Shown here piece by piece: positions 63,045 through 64,000 of a stretch of 64,000 bases of DNA. The translations under genes and the position numbers were made by a program. Position 1 is the stretch's first letter. Each line of letters begins with the position of its first letter. This DNA comes from Roseibacillus sp. (GTDB taxonomy: Bacteria > Verrucomicrobiota > Verrucomicrobiia > Verrucomicrobiales > Akkermansiaceae), in assembly GCA_965242925.1 (NCBI GenBank), contig CBDEUM010000033.1:1-64000 (forward strand), read 5' to 3'. The notes under the pieces are model-generated. The model ran no database searches and was not told where the DNA came from. It saw only the letters and a list, made by a program, of their open reading frames with translations.

Positions 63045-63091
63045 AGCGGACGGAGAGAACCCCACGCGGCGCATCATTTCAAGACATTCGG

Positions 63092-63829
63092 CTACCCGGC
63101 AGGCGGGACCAGCCGGATTCCCTCCGGATCAGACAAGGTGATCAGGTGCCCGGGGGTCTCCACCTTGAGTTCGGCATTTTCACCAAATCCCCGGATCCTT
63201 CCCCGCTCGCCGGAGGCAGTCTCCACCTCCCTGTCCTTCCACGCCAGAAGATCCCATGCGTGCTCTGCAATCAACGGCTCCTCCAGGTGAATAAGATTCA
63301 TCAGCTTGTCCCGGATCGCCCCCATGAGGGGCTCGCGTCCGGTCTCCACTCCGAGGAGTTGAAACATCGACACCGCTTCAAGTTCCGGGGGAAACCCGCG
63401 TTCATTCACATTCAGCCCGATCCCGATCACGGCACAATCAGCGATCGTCTCGATCAGGATTCCGCAGATCTTGCGCCCTTCAACGAGCACATCGTTGGGC
63501 CACTTGATGAGAGGAGCCAGACCGCAGGGAAGCAACCCTCCTTCACACACGGCAAGGGCCGCTGCCAGGCTGAGCCAGCCCCAGTGTTCACGCTCCCACA
63601 GCGGGGAGAGCACCAGCGAGAAAGTCAGCCCCTTTCCCGGCTCACTAATCCAGCTCGCCCCCTTGCGACCCCGCCCTTCGGTCTGTTCCTCCGCTCCCAC
63701 GATCCACCCGTGGGCCTGTGCCCCCTCCTCGCGGACAATTTCGCAGGCACGGTCATTGGTCGAACCAATCGAATCGTACCACTCGATGTGCCCCCCCATG
63801 AGCTCAAAGTTCTTCCGGTTGGCTGCCAT
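63092..63829 (-). CDS. birA: Biotin--[acetyl-CoA carboxylase] ligase (no HTH)
   Basis: STND, QTEGRGR...W, IKWPND, KICGILIE, GIGLNVN. Confidence 0.92.
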   Translation of the reverse strand: MAANRKNFELMGGHIEWYDSIGSTNDRACEIVREEGAQAHGWIVGAEEQTEGRGRKGASWISEPGKGLTFSLVLSPLWEREHWGWLSLAAALAVCEGGLLPCGLAPLIKWPNDVLVEGRKICGILIETIADCAVIGIGLNVNERGFPPELEAVSMFQLLGVETGREPLMGAIRDKLMNLIHLEEPLIAEHAWDLLAWKDREVETASGERGRIRGFGENAELKVETPGHLITLSDPEGIRLVPPAG

Positions 63830-63847
63830 CGGTCCTGGGAACCAGGG

Positions 63848-64000
63848 TTAGCCCCGCTCTTCAGATGAAACGAATTCGAGGGAAAGATCCAGAGCAGTGG
63901 CGGAGTGAGTCAGGGCTCCCACCGAGATGAGTTCCACTCCGGTTTCCGCAATGCCCCGGACGGTATCCAGGTTTATTCCTCCGCTGGCCTCCATAAGAGG
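63848..64000 (-). CDS. nadC: Quinolinate phosphoribosyltransferase, C-terminal fragment (runs off the right edge)
   Basis: [38 protein letters not shown]...TAA. Confidence 0.9.
   Translation of the reverse strand, partial: PLMEASGGINLDTVRGIAETGVELISVGALTHSATALDLSLEFVSSEERG

Overview
GC-rich bacterial chromosome segment. The DUF1553/DUF1501 pair, planctomycete-type cytochrome c and SHD1 domains, and DxDGDG...E...G(T/S)xP C-terminal tails suggest a PVC-superphylum organism, most likely Verrucomicrobiota (inference). The left ~21 kb is accessory. It has four large secreted modular proteins: an alkaline-phosphatase-superfamily enzyme, an EEP enzyme, a GDPD and one with no recognisable catalytic domain. 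That fourth gene is a chimera created by a diverged ~2.5-kb tandem duplication (3791-6290 / 6291-8790). Next come a co-oriented run of nitric oxide synthase, secreted zincin-like protein, methyltransferase, FAD oxidoreductase and type III PKS, then an S8 protease, a sialate O-acetylesterase and a TerB-like protein. tRNA-Leu(TAA) has a displaced 5'-half copy ending exactly at the anticodon loop, bracketing a ~720-bp mini-island. The remainder is mostly core genome: rplS, tRNA-Pro, hisD, heme O synthase/SCO cluster, sugar epimerases, dusB, tRNA-Arg, tmk, ftsK, manA, purU, dtd, valS, birA and partial nadC. Three genes (EEP protein, DUF1553 protein, hisD) carry +1 frameshifts that are probably sequencing errors. 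No integrase, transposase, reverse transcriptase or CRISPR array was seen. All family assignments come from motif recognition by eye, not from database searches.
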